64,000 nt of DNA from an uncultured Gemmataceae bacterium (GCA_963750165.1 CAVVPN010000004.1:384001-448000), one strand, 5' to 3'. Positions 30,083 to 40,640 are shown, numbered from the stretch's first letter. The notes: a model not told the origin generated them from the sequence alone. Translations and numbers: made by a program.

Positions 30083-32962
30083 ATGTCGATGCGTTTTCGG
30101 CCCAGCGCCACGGCCGTCCGCCGTGCCGCCGTGCTGCTGCTCGTCCTGACGCCGTTCGCCGCGGCGCTGCTGCCCGGCCGCGGTCAGCAGATGTACCGCA
30201 ACAGTTTCGAGGGTCACAAGCCGCTCTGGATCAAGGGCGCCGCCGATGCCGACTTTGAAGAAACCATCCACGCCATGAGCGACACCGGCGCCTTCAGCGG
30301 CCAGCGCTGCGAGTATCTGCAAATCAACGCCCGGCAGGGCAAGTACATTTATTACCAGTATCCCACCGCCCGCGCCTCCCATCAGCGACGAACTCAAGGT
30401 CAGCATGTTCGTGCGCTCGAATCGGCCCGGCATCCAGCTCATGGCCCGGGTCGTGCTGCCCAAGGAGAAGGACCCCAACAACCTCACCGACTGCCTGACG
30501 ACCATCCTCCGCGACGACCGCCCCGATCGGCGCGGCAGCGACTCGTACACCACCGTCGGCCGCTGGCAGCACCTCGAACTGGGCCGCACCGTCGCGCTGA
30601 GCAAGCAGCAGCAGCAACTCATGCAGGCCCAGCTGAAACGGGCCGTCGATTTCACCGACGCCTACATCGACATGCTCCTGCTCAACGTCTACACCGGCCC
30701 CGGCACCACCGAGGTCTGGATCGACGAGCTGGAGCTGGGCCCCGTCCTGGAAAACACCACGCCGAAGTTGGGCACCATGGTGTCGAATCCCGGCCCCGCC
30801 GCGCCTCGGGCCCCGGCCTGGTGCGCTTTCGGGGCAGACATCTGGAGGTCGGCGACAAGCGCGTCTTCTTCCGCGGCATCCGCCACACGGACACGCCCAT
30901 CGACAAGCTGCGCGCCGCCGGCTTCAACACCCTGTTCCTCGAGCCCGGCGCCAGCCGCGAGGAGTTGCGCCAGGCCGTGGACAACGGCTTTTACCTGGTG
31001 CCGTCGCTGCCGGTCGCCGAGAACGATTCGCGCTACGTCTCGGCCCAGGACCTGGAGCGAACGTTCCGCACCTTCCCCGATGTCGAGCACGTCCTGTTCT
31101 GGAACCTCGGCAACGCCCTGGCCAACGAGCAGACCAGGGTGGTGGCGGACGCGGCGCAATGGCTGCACACGGCGGACAAGCAGCGGCCGGTGTGCGTCGA
31201 TGCCTGGGACGGTTTGAGCCGCTATTCCAACGCCGTCGATCTGCTCGGCGTCCACCGCTGGCCGCTGGCGACCGGCATGGAACTGCCGCAGTATCGCGAA
31301 TGGCTCGAACAGCGCGGCCGACTGGCCAACCCGGACACCTTCCTGTGGACGTGGGTGCAGACGCACCTGCCCGACTCCACCACACGGTTGCTCTACGACC
31401 GACCGGCGGCGGCCGGCTTCAGTGAGCCAATCGGGCCGCAACCGGAGCACCTGCGTCTGCTGGCGTGGATAGCGGTCGGCTCGGGCTATCGCGGCATCAC
31501 CTACTGGTCGGATCGCTTCCTGGCCGACAGCCACCAGGGCCGCGACCGGTTGCTGACGCTGGCCCTGGTGAACCAGGAACTGGACATGCTGGAACCGCTG
31601 CTGGTGCAGGTGGACAACCCACCGGTGTGGATCGGCACGTCGAGCCCGGAGGTGTTCGCGGCGGTGCTGCGCTGCAAGAACGCCGTGCTGGTGCTGCCGA
31701 TGTGGATCGGCCCGGGCGGCCAGTTCGTGCCCGGCCAGGCGGCATTCAACAAGCTCAGCCTGACGGTGCCGCACGTGCCGCAGAGCTGGCAGTGCTGGGA
31801 AATTTCGCCCGGCGACACACGCAGCTACATCCCCGTGCGCCAGCCCGGCGGCTCGCAGGTCACCCTCCCGGAATTCGGCCTGACGACGGCCCTGGTCTTC
31901 ACCGCGGACACGAACATGATTATCCGCTTTCAGGAGCAGGCCCGCAGCAAGCGCCAGCGGGCCGCCGAGTGGACGTACGACCTGGCCGTCAAGGAACTGG
32001 AGAAGGTCGAGCGCATCGAGGCGGAACTGGTGAAACTGGACCACACGCAGCCGGACGCCGCGGAGTTGTTGCAGGACGCCCGGGCGCGGTTGCAGACGGC
32101 CAACCAGCACTGGACGGCGCGGCTGTACAGCGACTGCTACCACGAGGCCCAGCGGGCGCTGCGGCCGGTGCGCATCCTCATGCGCGCGCAGTGGGACAAG
32201 GCCGTCAAAAAGCTGAGTTCGCCGGTGGCCAGCCCCTACGCGGTCACCTACTACACGCTCCCGCGGCACCTCGAGTTCATGCGGCAAATCGACAAGGCGA
32301 CGCCGACGGCGAACCTGCTGCCGGGCGGCGGCTTCGAGGTGGTGGACCCTGGCCGGGAGCAGGTGGCGTGGGCACCGCAATGGGTGACACTGGACGAGGT
32401 GACGTACAACGTGCAGCACGTCGGGCAGATATGGTGGCGACCGCCGGAGAAGGACAAGGACGGTAAGCCGAAGCCGAAGCCGCCGCCGAGCAGCAAGGCG
32501 GTGCCGCTGCCAGCCCGCAAGGTCGAGCCGCCGAAGGAGGGCAAGCAGTGTCTCATGCTGGAGATCAAGCCAACGTTACCGATCGCGCCGCCCGAGGCGC
32601 TGGAGCGCACCTTCCTGGCGGTCAACAGCCCGGCGGTGCAGCTGCCGCCGGGGTCGCTGGTGCGGATCAGCGGTTCGGTGCTGATCCCGGACCCGATCAA
32701 GGCATCACCGGACGGGGCGCTGTTCTACGACAGCGCCGGCGGCGAACCGCTGGCGATTCGGCTGACGGCGACCGAGGGCTGGCGCGATGTCACGCTGTAC
32801 CGGCGCGTGCCGGCGTCGGGGCAGTTGCACGTGACGGTGGCGCTGACCGGGCTGGGGACGGTGTTCTTCGATGACATCCGCGTCGAGCCGCTGGTCGCGG
32901 CCCCGCTGGTGACGCCGCCCACGATGCCGATGCAGAGTGTGCCGGTGGCCGTGGCGAACTAG
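30083..32962 (+). CDS. Large secreted hypothetical protein (possible glycoside-hydrolase-like barrel flanked by beta-sandwich domains); contains two compensating frameshifts
   Basis: Signal peptide. The ORF reads as garbage between ~30377 and ~30812, where the +1 frame (PISDELKVSMFVRSNRPGIQLMARVVLP...VWIDELELGP) is protein-like. Confidence 0.7.
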   Translation: MSMRFRPSATAVRRAAVLLLVLTPFAAALLPGRGQQMYRNSFEGHKPLWIKGAADADFEETIHAMSDTGAFSGQRCEYLQINARQGKYIYYQYPTARASHQRRTQGQHVRALESARHPAHGPGRAAQGEGPQQPHRLPDDHPPRRPPRSARQRLVHHRRPLAAPRTGPHRRAEQAAAATHAGPAETGRRFHRRLHRHAPAQRLHRPRHHRGLDRRAGAGPRPGKHHAEVGHHGVESRPRRASGPGLVRFRGRHLEVGDKRVFFRGIRHTDTPIDKLRAAGFNTLFLEPGASREELRQAVDNGFYLVPSLPVAENDSRYVSAQDLERTFRTFPDVEHVLFWNLGNALANEQTRVVADAAQWLHTADKQRPVCVDAWDGLSRYSNAVDLLGVHRWPLATGMELPQYREWLEQRGRLANPDTFLWTWVQTHLPDSTTRLLYDRPAAAGFSEPIGPQPEHLRLLAWIAVGSGYRGITYWSDRFLADSHQGRDRLLTLALVNQELDMLEPLLVQVDNPPVWIGTSSPEVFAAVLRCKNAVLVLPMWIGPGGQFVPGQAAFNKLSLTVPHVPQSWQCWEISPGDTRSYIPVRQPGGSQVTLPEFGLTTALVFTADTNMIIRFQEQARSKRQRAAEWTYDLAVKELEKVERIEAELVKLDHTQPDAAELLQDARARLQTANQHWTARLYSDCYHEAQRALRPVRILMRAQWDKAVKKLSSPVASPYAVTYYTLPRHLEFMRQIDKATPTANLLPGGGFEVVDPGREQVAWAPQWVTLDEVTYNVQHVGQIWWRPPEKDKDGKPKPKPPPSSKAVPLPARKVEPPKEGKQCLMLEIKPTLPIAPPEALERTFLAVNSPAVQLPPGSLVRISGSVLIPDPIKASPDGALFYDSAGGEPLAIRLTATEGWRDVTLYRRVPASGQLHVTVALTGLGTVFFDDIRVEPLVAAPLVTPPTMPMQSVPVAVAN

Positions 32963-32988
32963 AGCTGAAGCGCGCTAACCCGGAGGAT

Positions 32989-33672
32989 TCACCGCCTTTG
33001 TGGCCAGGCCTCATCCTCTTCGTCGTCGTCCCGTGCGCGCCGGCGGCGCGGCCGATCCTCATCCTCCTCGTACTCGCCCCGGTCGGGTTCCGCCTCATAA
33101 CCTGGGCGGACGAATGCCCGCATCGCGGGAGGCAGGAGCAGGAGGATCAGGATCAAGAGCGGATAGAGGGCGAAGGCGGTCGCGGAGAGCGCCCAGAAGA
33201 GGTGGAAAAAGGTGTTCGTGTTGACCAGCGTGCCGGCGGCGTCGTTGAAGTGGGGGATGCCCTTCGCCACGCGGTTGGCGGCCGGCATCGCCACGAACCA
33301 CAAATACCCGGCCGTCGCGAGCTGGTAGACGAACCGCAGCGCCGCCCACGCCAGGCTGAGCCACCAGCCCCAGGCCTGCATCATCAGCAGGCCGATGCCG
33401 CCGCCGACCATCATCAGGTGGAGTAACAGATCGACCACGGTACCGCCGATGAGGAAGGACTTGTAGGTCGGCGCCTCGCGCTCCATCTCTGCCCGGACAT
33501 CGTAGGTCCGGGTAGTCGTGTTATTCCCGTTTCTGATGGTGACCGTGGCGGTCGAGGAACCGGCCACGGTCGAGATCACGCTGAGCGCCCCGCAAGCCAG
33601 GAGCAGAGCGCCGAAGACCAGTTGCAGGATCGCGAGCACGGTGACGAGTGCTGGCCGGGCTGGTTTGCGCAT
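32989..33672 (-). CDS. Integral membrane hypothetical protein with acidic/Arg-rich C-terminal tail
   Basis: About 4 hydrophobic helices. GGAGG RBS upstream. Confidence 0.75.
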   Translation of the reverse strand: MRKPARPALVTVLAILQLVFGALLLACGALSVISTVAGSSTATVTIRNGNNTTTRTYDVRAEMEREAPTYKSFLIGGTVVDLLLHLMMVGGGIGLLMMQAWGWWLSLAWAALRFVYQLATAGYLWFVAMPAANRVAKGIPHFNDAAGTLVNTNTFFHLFWALSATAFALYPLLILILLLLPPAMRAFVRPGYEAEPDRGEYEEDEDRPRRRRARDDDEEDEAWPQRR

Positions 33673-33823
33673 GGGAACCTCCAGGTGGAGTCAGGGTACG
33701 ACTCCCCGCAGATAACGGCGAGCGCCCCGCCGACCGCTTTTCGCCGGCATCCCTGGATCTTTTCACCGGGCTCCGCTAGACTTACATAGGTTTATCAACA
33801 TAGTCAGGTTTGCGAGAGCCTCC

Positions 33824-35599
33824 ATGTCGATCCCCCCCGCCAACGAGCCCACCCCGGTCAGCGACCCCCCTGCGCCAAAGCGCTCCGCGGTGGAGATTCA
33901 GAAGGAACAGAGCCGGCAGTTGCGCGGCACCATCGCGGAGGAGTTGGCGGCCGACACCGGCCACCTGAACGACGCCAACAAGAACCTCATCAAGTTCCAC
34001 GGCAGCTATCAGCAGGAGGACCGCGACGCCCGCAAGCACCGCAAGCAGCCGGGCGTCGGCAAGCATTACATGTTCATGGTGCGCTGCAAGATTCCCGGCG
34101 GCATCCTGACGGCGGACCAGTATCTGGCGGTGGACGAGCTGGCCGGCAAGCACGCGAATGGCACGCTGCGCTTCACGACGCGACAGGGCATTCAATTGCA
34201 CGGCGTATTGTTCGGCGACCTGAAGGCAAGTATCGCCGGCATCAACGCCTGTCTGCTGACGACGCTGGGGGCGTGCGGCGACGTGAACCGCAACGTGATG
34301 ACCTCGCCGGCACCGCGCCGTGACCCGGTGCAGGCGGAGCTGGAGCGCACCGCCCGGCAGCTCGCCGCTCACTTCGCGCCGCGCAGCGGCGCCTACCACG
34401 AACTCTGGCTCAACGGCGAGAAGCAGTCCAACGGCGCCGTGCCGGAAGAAGAGGAGCCCATTTACGGCAACGTGTATCTGCCGCGCAAGTTCAAGATCGG
34501 TCTGGCGACGCCGGCGGACAACTGCATTGACGTTTACGCCCAGGATTTAGGGCTGCTGGCGGTCGTCGAGCACGGCGCGATCGTGGGCTACAACCTGCTG
34601 GTCGGCGGCGGCATGGGCATGACGCACGGCAACGCCAACACGTTCCCGCACCTGGCCCGGCCGGTCGCTTACGTGCCGGCGGCGGACGTGCTGACGGCGG
34701 CCGAGGCGGTGGTGAAACTGTTCCGCGACCACGGCAACCGGGCCGACCGCAAACGGGCGCGCATCAAGTACCTGGTCCACGACTGGGGCGTGGAGAAGTT
34801 CCGTGAGGTGCTGGCGGACTACCTGGGCGGGATGCCGGCGCCGCCGCGGCCGGTGGAGGTGACCGGCTTCGAGACGCACCTGGGCTGGCACGCGCAGGGC
34901 GACGGCAAATGGTGGTTCGGCCTGAGCGTCGAGAACGGCCGTGTCAAGGACGCAGACAGGCTGCGGTTGCGGACGGGCCTGAGGGCCATCGTGGAGCGCT
35001 TCCGCCCCGGGCTGCGCATCACGCCGCTGCAGGACGTGCTGCTGTGCGATCTGGACATTGCCGACCGGCCGGAGCTGGAGCGGCTGCTGGTGGAGCACGG
35101 CATTTCGTTGCCGGATGTGTTGATGCCGGTGCGGCGGCTCAGCATGGCGTGCCCGGCGATCCCGACGTGCGGCCTGGCGATCTCCGAGGCGGAGCGGGCG
35201 CTGCCGGGTGTCATTGACCAGCTGGAGATGGAATTGTGGCGGCTGGGCCTGGACGGCGAGGAACTGAGCGTGCGCATGACGGGCTGCCCCAACGGTTGCG
35301 CCCGGCCGTACCAGAGCGACATCGGCCTGGTGGGCCGTAGCGGCGACAAGTACACGCTGTTCGTCGGCGGCCACGTGCTGGGGACGCGCTTGAACTTTGT
35401 GCTGCGCGACCTGGTGCGGCTGGCGGACGTGGTGCCGACGCTGGTGCCGGTGCTGGAATATTTCAAGCAGGAGCGGAGGTCGGGCGAGGGCTTCGGCGAC
35501 TTCTGCACGCGGCTGGGGGCGGAGCGGTTGCAGGCGCTGCTGCCGGGCGACGCGGCGACGAACGGACACACCGGCCCGCGAGCTATTGCACAACACTAG
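33824..35599 (+). CDS. cysI: Assimilatory sulfite reductase haemoprotein subunit (CysI/Sir)
   Basis: KFHGSYQQEDRD, TTRQGIQLHG, ACGDVNRNV, YLPRKFK, sirohaem/4Fe-4S ligands ACPAIPTCGLA and TGCPNGC. Confidence 0.93.
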   Translation: MSIPPANEPTPVSDPPAPKRSAVEIQKEQSRQLRGTIAEELAADTGHLNDANKNLIKFHGSYQQEDRDARKHRKQPGVGKHYMFMVRCKIPGGILTADQYLAVDELAGKHANGTLRFTTRQGIQLHGVLFGDLKASIAGINACLLTTLGACGDVNRNVMTSPAPRRDPVQAELERTARQLAAHFAPRSGAYHELWLNGEKQSNGAVPEEEEPIYGNVYLPRKFKIGLATPADNCIDVYAQDLGLLAVVEHGAIVGYNLLVGGGMGMTHGNANTFPHLARPVAYVPAADVLTAAEAVVKLFRDHGNRADRKRARIKYLVHDWGVEKFREVLADYLGGMPAPPRPVEVTGFETHLGWHAQGDGKWWFGLSVENGRVKDADRLRLRTGLRAIVERFRPGLRITPLQDVLLCDLDIADRPELERLLVEHGISLPDVLMPVRRLSMACPAIPTCGLAISEAERALPGVIDQLEMELWRLGLDGEELSVRMTGCPNGCARPYQSDIGLVGRSGDKYTLFVGGHVLGTRLNFVLRDLVRLADVVPTLVPVLEYFKQERRSGEGFGDFCTRLGAERLQALLPGDAATNGHTGPRAIAQH

Positions 35600-35728
35600 C
35601 TGACCGTTTCGTAAGTCCTTTGCAAGTCAACGTGGGGCAGACCTTCCTGTCTGCCTTGAGGTTACGGCAGACAGGAAGGTCTGCCCCACGGAAAGAAGTG
35701 GCGGCGAATTTGCGAAACGGTCAGCTAG
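35596..35728. mobile_element. MITE-like element A with terminal inverted repeats, carrying an internal REP hairpin
   Basis: CTAGCTGACCGTTTCGTAA ... TTGCGAAACGGTCAGCTAG (1 mismatch). Internal 25-bp-arm hairpin at 35631-35690. The left end overlaps the cysI TAG. Confidence 0.75.
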
Positions 35729-36010
35729 CGCGGTTCGCAGTGGCGTGGACCACGAACGGCAGGCCGGCGCTGCCAGGCGCCGATTCTCGACGTATGAAAA
35801 AGTTGGCGTCCTTGGCGTCCTTGGCGTCCTTGATTTGACAACCGCCGCCGATGGCTGTCGCGCCGTGCCACCCCTACGGAGCCAGGGCGCCAAATCTCGA
35901 CGTATGAAAAAGTTGGCTCCCTTGGCCTCCTTGGCCCCCTTGCTGTGGCAATGCAGGCCCCTGCTGGTCAAGCTGTGCCCGCCGTCCCACCCCGTGCGCG
36001 ATCCGCGTGG
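35726..36010 (+). mobile_element. MITE-like element B, copy 1 (right end decayed)
   Basis: Starts TAGCGCGGTTCGCAGT and is colinear with the reverse complement of 62089-62384. Two internal TCTCGACGTATGAAAAAGTTGGC-(9-mer)x3 units. Confidence 0.8.
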
Positions 36011-36199
36011 TCCCAGCCGGGTCCAAGAATCTCCTTTCCGGCTGGGGTGACGGCTCCCCAATAGACTCTTGGTGAGATGTCTGGCGACAAAATGCGCACA
36101 CACTGCCGTCACCAGGCGCGACTAACATGCCACTGCGGTGATCGGATCGGAAAACAATGTGAACGCTATCGTCGTGTTGGATTTCGCGAAAGCGCTGCC

Positions 36200-36655
36200 T
36201 CACTGCAGCGGGTTGGTCGGCGGCAGTTCGTCCTCCTCGCCGGCGCGCAGCTGGGCGACGCGGCCGATCAGAGCGACGCCGCCGGTGATCGCCGCCAGGC
36301 TGACGACGCCGGCCACCGACCACGCCGCCAGCGACACCGCGAAAATCTGATCGCTGCGGTAGGCCACCAGGAAACACGTCACGGTGCCGGCCGAGATGAC
36401 CACCACCATCGGCACCAGCAGGGCGGTGCGCCCCGCCAGCCGCGACGCCTCGTCGGGCTGCGGCAGCAGCTGGCCCTGCTCCAGCGCCTTGAGGTGCTCG
36501 GCGTGCTCCAGTTCGAGCGCACGCAGGTGCGAACGCAGCAACTGCGGCACCAGAATGACCAGCGCCACCACCACCAGAGCGAACAGGATCAGGATCAACA
36601 GTTCGCCGCTGTGCGTATTCCAGAGGTTGTCCCCGGCGATCGTTTCGGCAAGCAT
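36200..36655 (-). CDS. Membrane hypothetical protein (3 TM)
   Basis: TM helix, amphipathic LELEHAEHLKALEQG segment, then two more TM helices. Start placed at MLAET. Confidence 0.7.
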   Translation of the reverse strand: MLAETIAGDNLWNTHSGELLILILFALVVVALVILVPQLLRSHLRALELEHAEHLKALEQGQLLPQPDEASRLAGRTALLVPMVVVISAGTVTCFLVAYRSDQIFAVSLAAWSVAGVVSLAAITGGVALIGRVAQLRAGEEDELPPTNPLQ

Positions 36656-36986
36656 GCGCGGGTTCTCGGGCGCGTTTTCGGGTTGGATAATCCTGGTGTA
36701 CTCTACGCCGCCTGCGCTGCGGTTGACAGCCCATTTTGAAACGGCTAAGAATGGGCTCGCCCTGGATTTTCGGGCTCGGACCCGAACCAAGAACCGCCCT
36801 GGCCGCAGTCGGTTGTGCGGGCCGGGTCAACGTGCCCTGTCCGCCCAGCTTGCCGGCGCCGCCGTGACGCCGACCCCGATGGCCTTTTCACTACAGCCCA
36901 GTCCTTTGCGCCTCCGATGATACTTACACCATTTGACGCAACCCCCGGGCGCACGCGCGCCTTGATCTTGCCGGAGGCGGTCGGGC

Positions 36987-39340
36987 ATGTTCAACCACCT
37001 CGGTCGATGGACGGCGGCGCACCCCTGGGCGGTGGTCGCGGCCTGGCTCCTCGTGGGCCTGGCCCTGACGCTCTTCGCCCCCACCTGGGATAGCCGCACC
37101 CAGGACGACGACATCCGCTTCCTACCCGAGCGCTGCCCCAGCGTCCGCGGTTACCAACTCCTCCAGCAGGCCTTCCCCAACGACGTGTTCGCCAGCAACC
37201 TGATCTTCGCCGTCGAGCGCCCCGACGGCCCCCTGACGCCGGCCGACCTGGAACTGGTCAAGGCCATGGTCGAGGACCTGGAGGCGCTGCGCCAGCAGGC
37301 GCCCGAGCTGAAACTGGGCAAGACCGTCTGCTGCCGCGACCCCGTGGTTGGCGGTCGTCTCACCAGCGCCGACAAGCAGTGTACCCTGATCCAGGTGCCG
37401 CTCGGCAGCCCGTTCCTGGCGCTGCAGACGCAGGCGGCCGTGGACCGTGCCCACAAGTTGCTCAGGGAGCGCCTGGCCCGGCGCAGGGCAATCCGCCGCA
37501 GCTGTACGCCACCGGCTCGGCCGGCATCGGTCGCGACCTGACCACCGCGGCCGGCCACAGCCTCGACGGCACCACCCTGGCCACGGTGCTGCTGGTGGTC
37601 GTGGTGCTGCTGCTGGTCTACCGGGCGCCGCTGCTGGCCCTGGTGCCGCTGGTGACCATCGGTGTCTCGGTCTGGGTGTCGCTCAACGTCCTGGCCCTGG
37701 CCACGCTGCTGCCAGGCGTCCACCTCGTCAACATCAGCAAGGTCTTCGCCATCGTCATCCTGTACGGCGCCGGCACTGACTACTGCCTGTTCCTCATCAG
37801 CCGCTACCGCGAGGAACTGTCCCAGGGCCAGGAGAGCGGCCAGGCGCTGGGGACCAGTGTTGGCAAGGTGGGCGGGGCGCTGGCGGCCAGCGCCGGCACC
37901 GTCATGGTCGGCCTGGGTCTGATGGGCCTGGCGGAGTTCGCCAAGGTGCGCTACGCTGGCCCGGCCATCGCTCTGAGCCTGGCGGTGGCGCTGCTGGCGG
38001 CGCTGACGCTGACGCCGGCACTGCTGCGGTTGCTGGGCAAGGTTGTGTTCTGGCCGCGCGGCGTGCCGATCCACAAACCGACGCTGATGGTCCGCCACCT
38101 GTCCGCCGAGGAGCGCAGCTTCTGGACCCGCGTTAGCCGATTGGTCGTCGCCCGGCCGGTGCCGGTGCTGGCGCTGTCCTTCCTCGTGCTGGCGCCGCTG
38201 GCGCTGCTGGGCACGCGCGTCACGCCCAACTACCGCGCCACCGGCGAACTGTCGCCGGACTCCGACAGCCTGCTCGGCATGGCCGCCATCCAGCGCCACT
38301 TCACCGCCGGCGAGACCGGGCCGCTCACGGTGCTGCTCGTGTCGAAAACGGACTGGGACGGCGACGTGGGCCGCCATGAGATCGACCATCTCAGCCGCGG
38401 TTTCGGCAGCCTGGAGGGCGTTGCGGAGGTGCGCAGTCTGACGCAGCCGCTGGGCACGCCACTGCCGGGCCTCGGCGTGGCCCGGTCGCCGCTGAAGTCG
38501 GGCGGCCTGTTCGGCATGCTCGTGCAGGCACGGCAGAAGGCGCGCGAGCACTATGTCGCCGAGTTGCCTGAAGGCACCGCCCCCGACGGCAGCACGACAC
38601 CGCGCCGCTTCGTCACGCGCCTGGACGTGGTGCTCAGGAGCGATCCGTTCGACTCGGCCAGCGCCGCGACGCTGCGGCAAATCCGGACGTGGCTGCGGGT
38701 CGAGATGCCGCTCAGCACGCTGCTGCCGGGCGACGTGGAGGCGGAGGTGTACGGCGTCACGGTCAACGCCCAGGACCTGGCGGAGGTGACCGAGGCCGAC
38801 CGCCTGCGCGTCAACGTGCTGGTGATGGCGGGTATCCTGTTGATCCTGCTGGCGCTGGTGCGGCGGCCGGTGCTGGCGCTGTACCTGCTGGCGACGGTGT
38901 TGTTCAGCTATTTCGCGACGCTGGGCGCGACCATGCTGGTCAACCACTGGCTGCTGGGCCGGCCGCTGTTGCAGGTCGATTGGCGGGTGCCGTTCTTCCT
39001 GTTCACGATCCTGGTGGCGGTGGGCGAGGACTACAACATCCTGCTCATCACGCGGGCGCTGCAGGAGCGTAAGCGACACGGGGCCGTGGAGGGCATGCGA
39101 CGGGCGCTGGCGCGGACGGGCGGCACGATCACGTCCTGCGGCCTCATCATGGCGGGTACGTTCGCCACGCTGATGCTGGCGGACCTGAGCACGCTCAAGC
39201 AGATTGGCTTCGCGCTGGCGTTCGGCGTGCTGCTGGATACGTTTCTGGTGCGGCCGTTCATGGTGCCGGCGTTCGGATTGCTGTTCTGGCGCGACGGTGC
39301 CGCGCTGGCCGAAGCGCCGGTGGTGCGGCAGGCGGCGTGA
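36987..39340 (+). CDS. MMPL/RND-family transporter; frameshift at ~37478
   Basis: Two repeats of the RND TM core (GAGTDYCLFLISRYREE; AVGEDYNILLITR..E; TGGTITSCGLIMAGTF). ORFs 36987 and 37379 join on adding one C to the run at 37477-37479. Confidence 0.9.
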
Positions 39341-39447
39341 CCGGCGGCGTATTTTTGGAAAAGTGCTGTCCCTTTTTTACCGCCGTTTTCGATTAGCCTG
39401 ATGGGAGGGAGGTTTCAGGTCCAACCACACCATTGGGAGACACACGC

Positions 39448-40393
39448 ATGACTGAGATCGACAAACTCCGCGCGGCATTGGCCAAAATCGCCGCCGTGGC
39501 GAGCGCCGCGGCCAACGGCAGCGAACCCCGTGACGACGAGGACGGCGCCCCGAAGGACGCGGTGGGCGCTCGCTTCAAACGGCGGGCGGTGTGTACCCCG
39601 AAGTTCCTGCCCAAGACCCTGCTGGTGAAGGCGGCGAAGACGGCAGCGCAAATCAATCCGGTCAACCAGCCGGCGCTGCGCCAGCTGGGCATGGTAGCTC
39701 CCGATCTCAAGCTGACGCCGCTGGCCATCGCGGTGCTGACGACGAAATACTGGGGCCCCAGCGCACGGCAGTTGACGGTCAGTTTCCTCGACAACCCCGC
39801 TGCGGACCTGCGGCGGCGCATCCTCAGCCACCTGAACGCCTGGTCCCAGACGGCCAGCATCACCTTCGTCGAGACGCGCGGCACCGGCCAGGTGCGCATT
39901 TCGCGCGGTGCGGGCGGTTACTGGTCCTACCTTGGCACCGACATCCTGCACATCCCCGCCAACCGGCAGACGATGAACCTGCAGGGCTTCACGATGGACA
40001 CGCCCGAATCGGAGTACAAGCGCGTCATCCGCCACGAGACCGGCCACACCCTCGGCTTCCCGCACGAGCACATGCGCGGAGCTGGTGCAGCGGATCGACC
40101 CGGAGAAGGCATACGATTACTTCGAGCGGACGCAGGGCTGGTCCCGCCAGGAAGTCGATCAGCAGGTGCTCACGTCGCTGGACGAGAGCACGCTCATGAG
40201 CACGCCGGCCGACCAGACCTCGATCATGTGCTATCAGCTGCCGGGAGAAATCACCACCGATGGCGAGCCGATCATCGGCGGCCTGGACATCAACGAGACC
40301 GACTACGACTTCGCCGGGCGCATCTATCCGAAACGCGGCCAGGGCATGGCGGCGCATCAGGAAGAGGAACCGGAAGAAGAGTTCGTGGAGTGA
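39448..40393 (+). CDS. M12/astacin-like metzincin metallopeptidase; frameshift at ~40078
   Basis: HETGHTLGFPHEH zinc motif and YWSYLGTD. The Met-turn SIMCY is in the downstream frame (ORF 40085-40393). Confidence 0.85.
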
Positions 40394-40428
40394 TGGGAAC
40401 TACCCGGCCCGCTGGAGCGGTTCGCAGT

Positions 40429-40498
40429 TGGGTGTAGCGGAAGTCGCCAGACTTCCGTCCGGTGCTGCTCGGAAGTCTGGCGACTTCCGCTACACCCA
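40429..40498. repeat. REP-like palindrome, same family as 27150-27209
   Basis: TGGGTGTAGCGGAAGTCGCCAGACTTCCG / CGGAAGTCTGGCGACTTCCGCTACACCCA. Confidence 0.88.
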
Positions 40499-40544
40499 TT
40501 CGCAATCTGCAATAATGCGACAGCGTCTTGGCTTTTCGTGGTGG

Positions 40545-40605
40545 GTCGGAGCCCGAGCGCCAGCGCGGGGCAGCGCTGGCCCCGCGCTGGCGCTCGGGCT
40601 CCGAC
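40545..40605. repeat. REP-like palindrome of a further family
   Basis: GTCGGAGCCCGAGCGCCAGCGCGGGG / CCCCGCGCTGGCGCTCGGGCTCCGAC, perfect arms. Confidence 0.85.
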
Positions 40606-40640
40606 TCGCACACTTGAAACGCGCGAAACTTAAAACGGGA

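Noticed and set aside
35780..35945. Repeat-spacer-repeat as a CRISPR array
   Set aside because: Only two units per element, spacers are homologous between copies, and there are no cas genes.
35904..36050. Peptide MKKLAPLASLAPLLWQC..., present in both MITE B copies and resembling a lipoprotein signal
   Set aside because: It arises from the 9-nt periodic repeat, has no RBS, and the equivalent frame in the sister unit stops early.
36723..36752. TTGACA-N17-TAAGAA sigma70-like promoter upstream of the MMPL gene
   Set aside because: The -10 match is imperfect and there are no transcript data.
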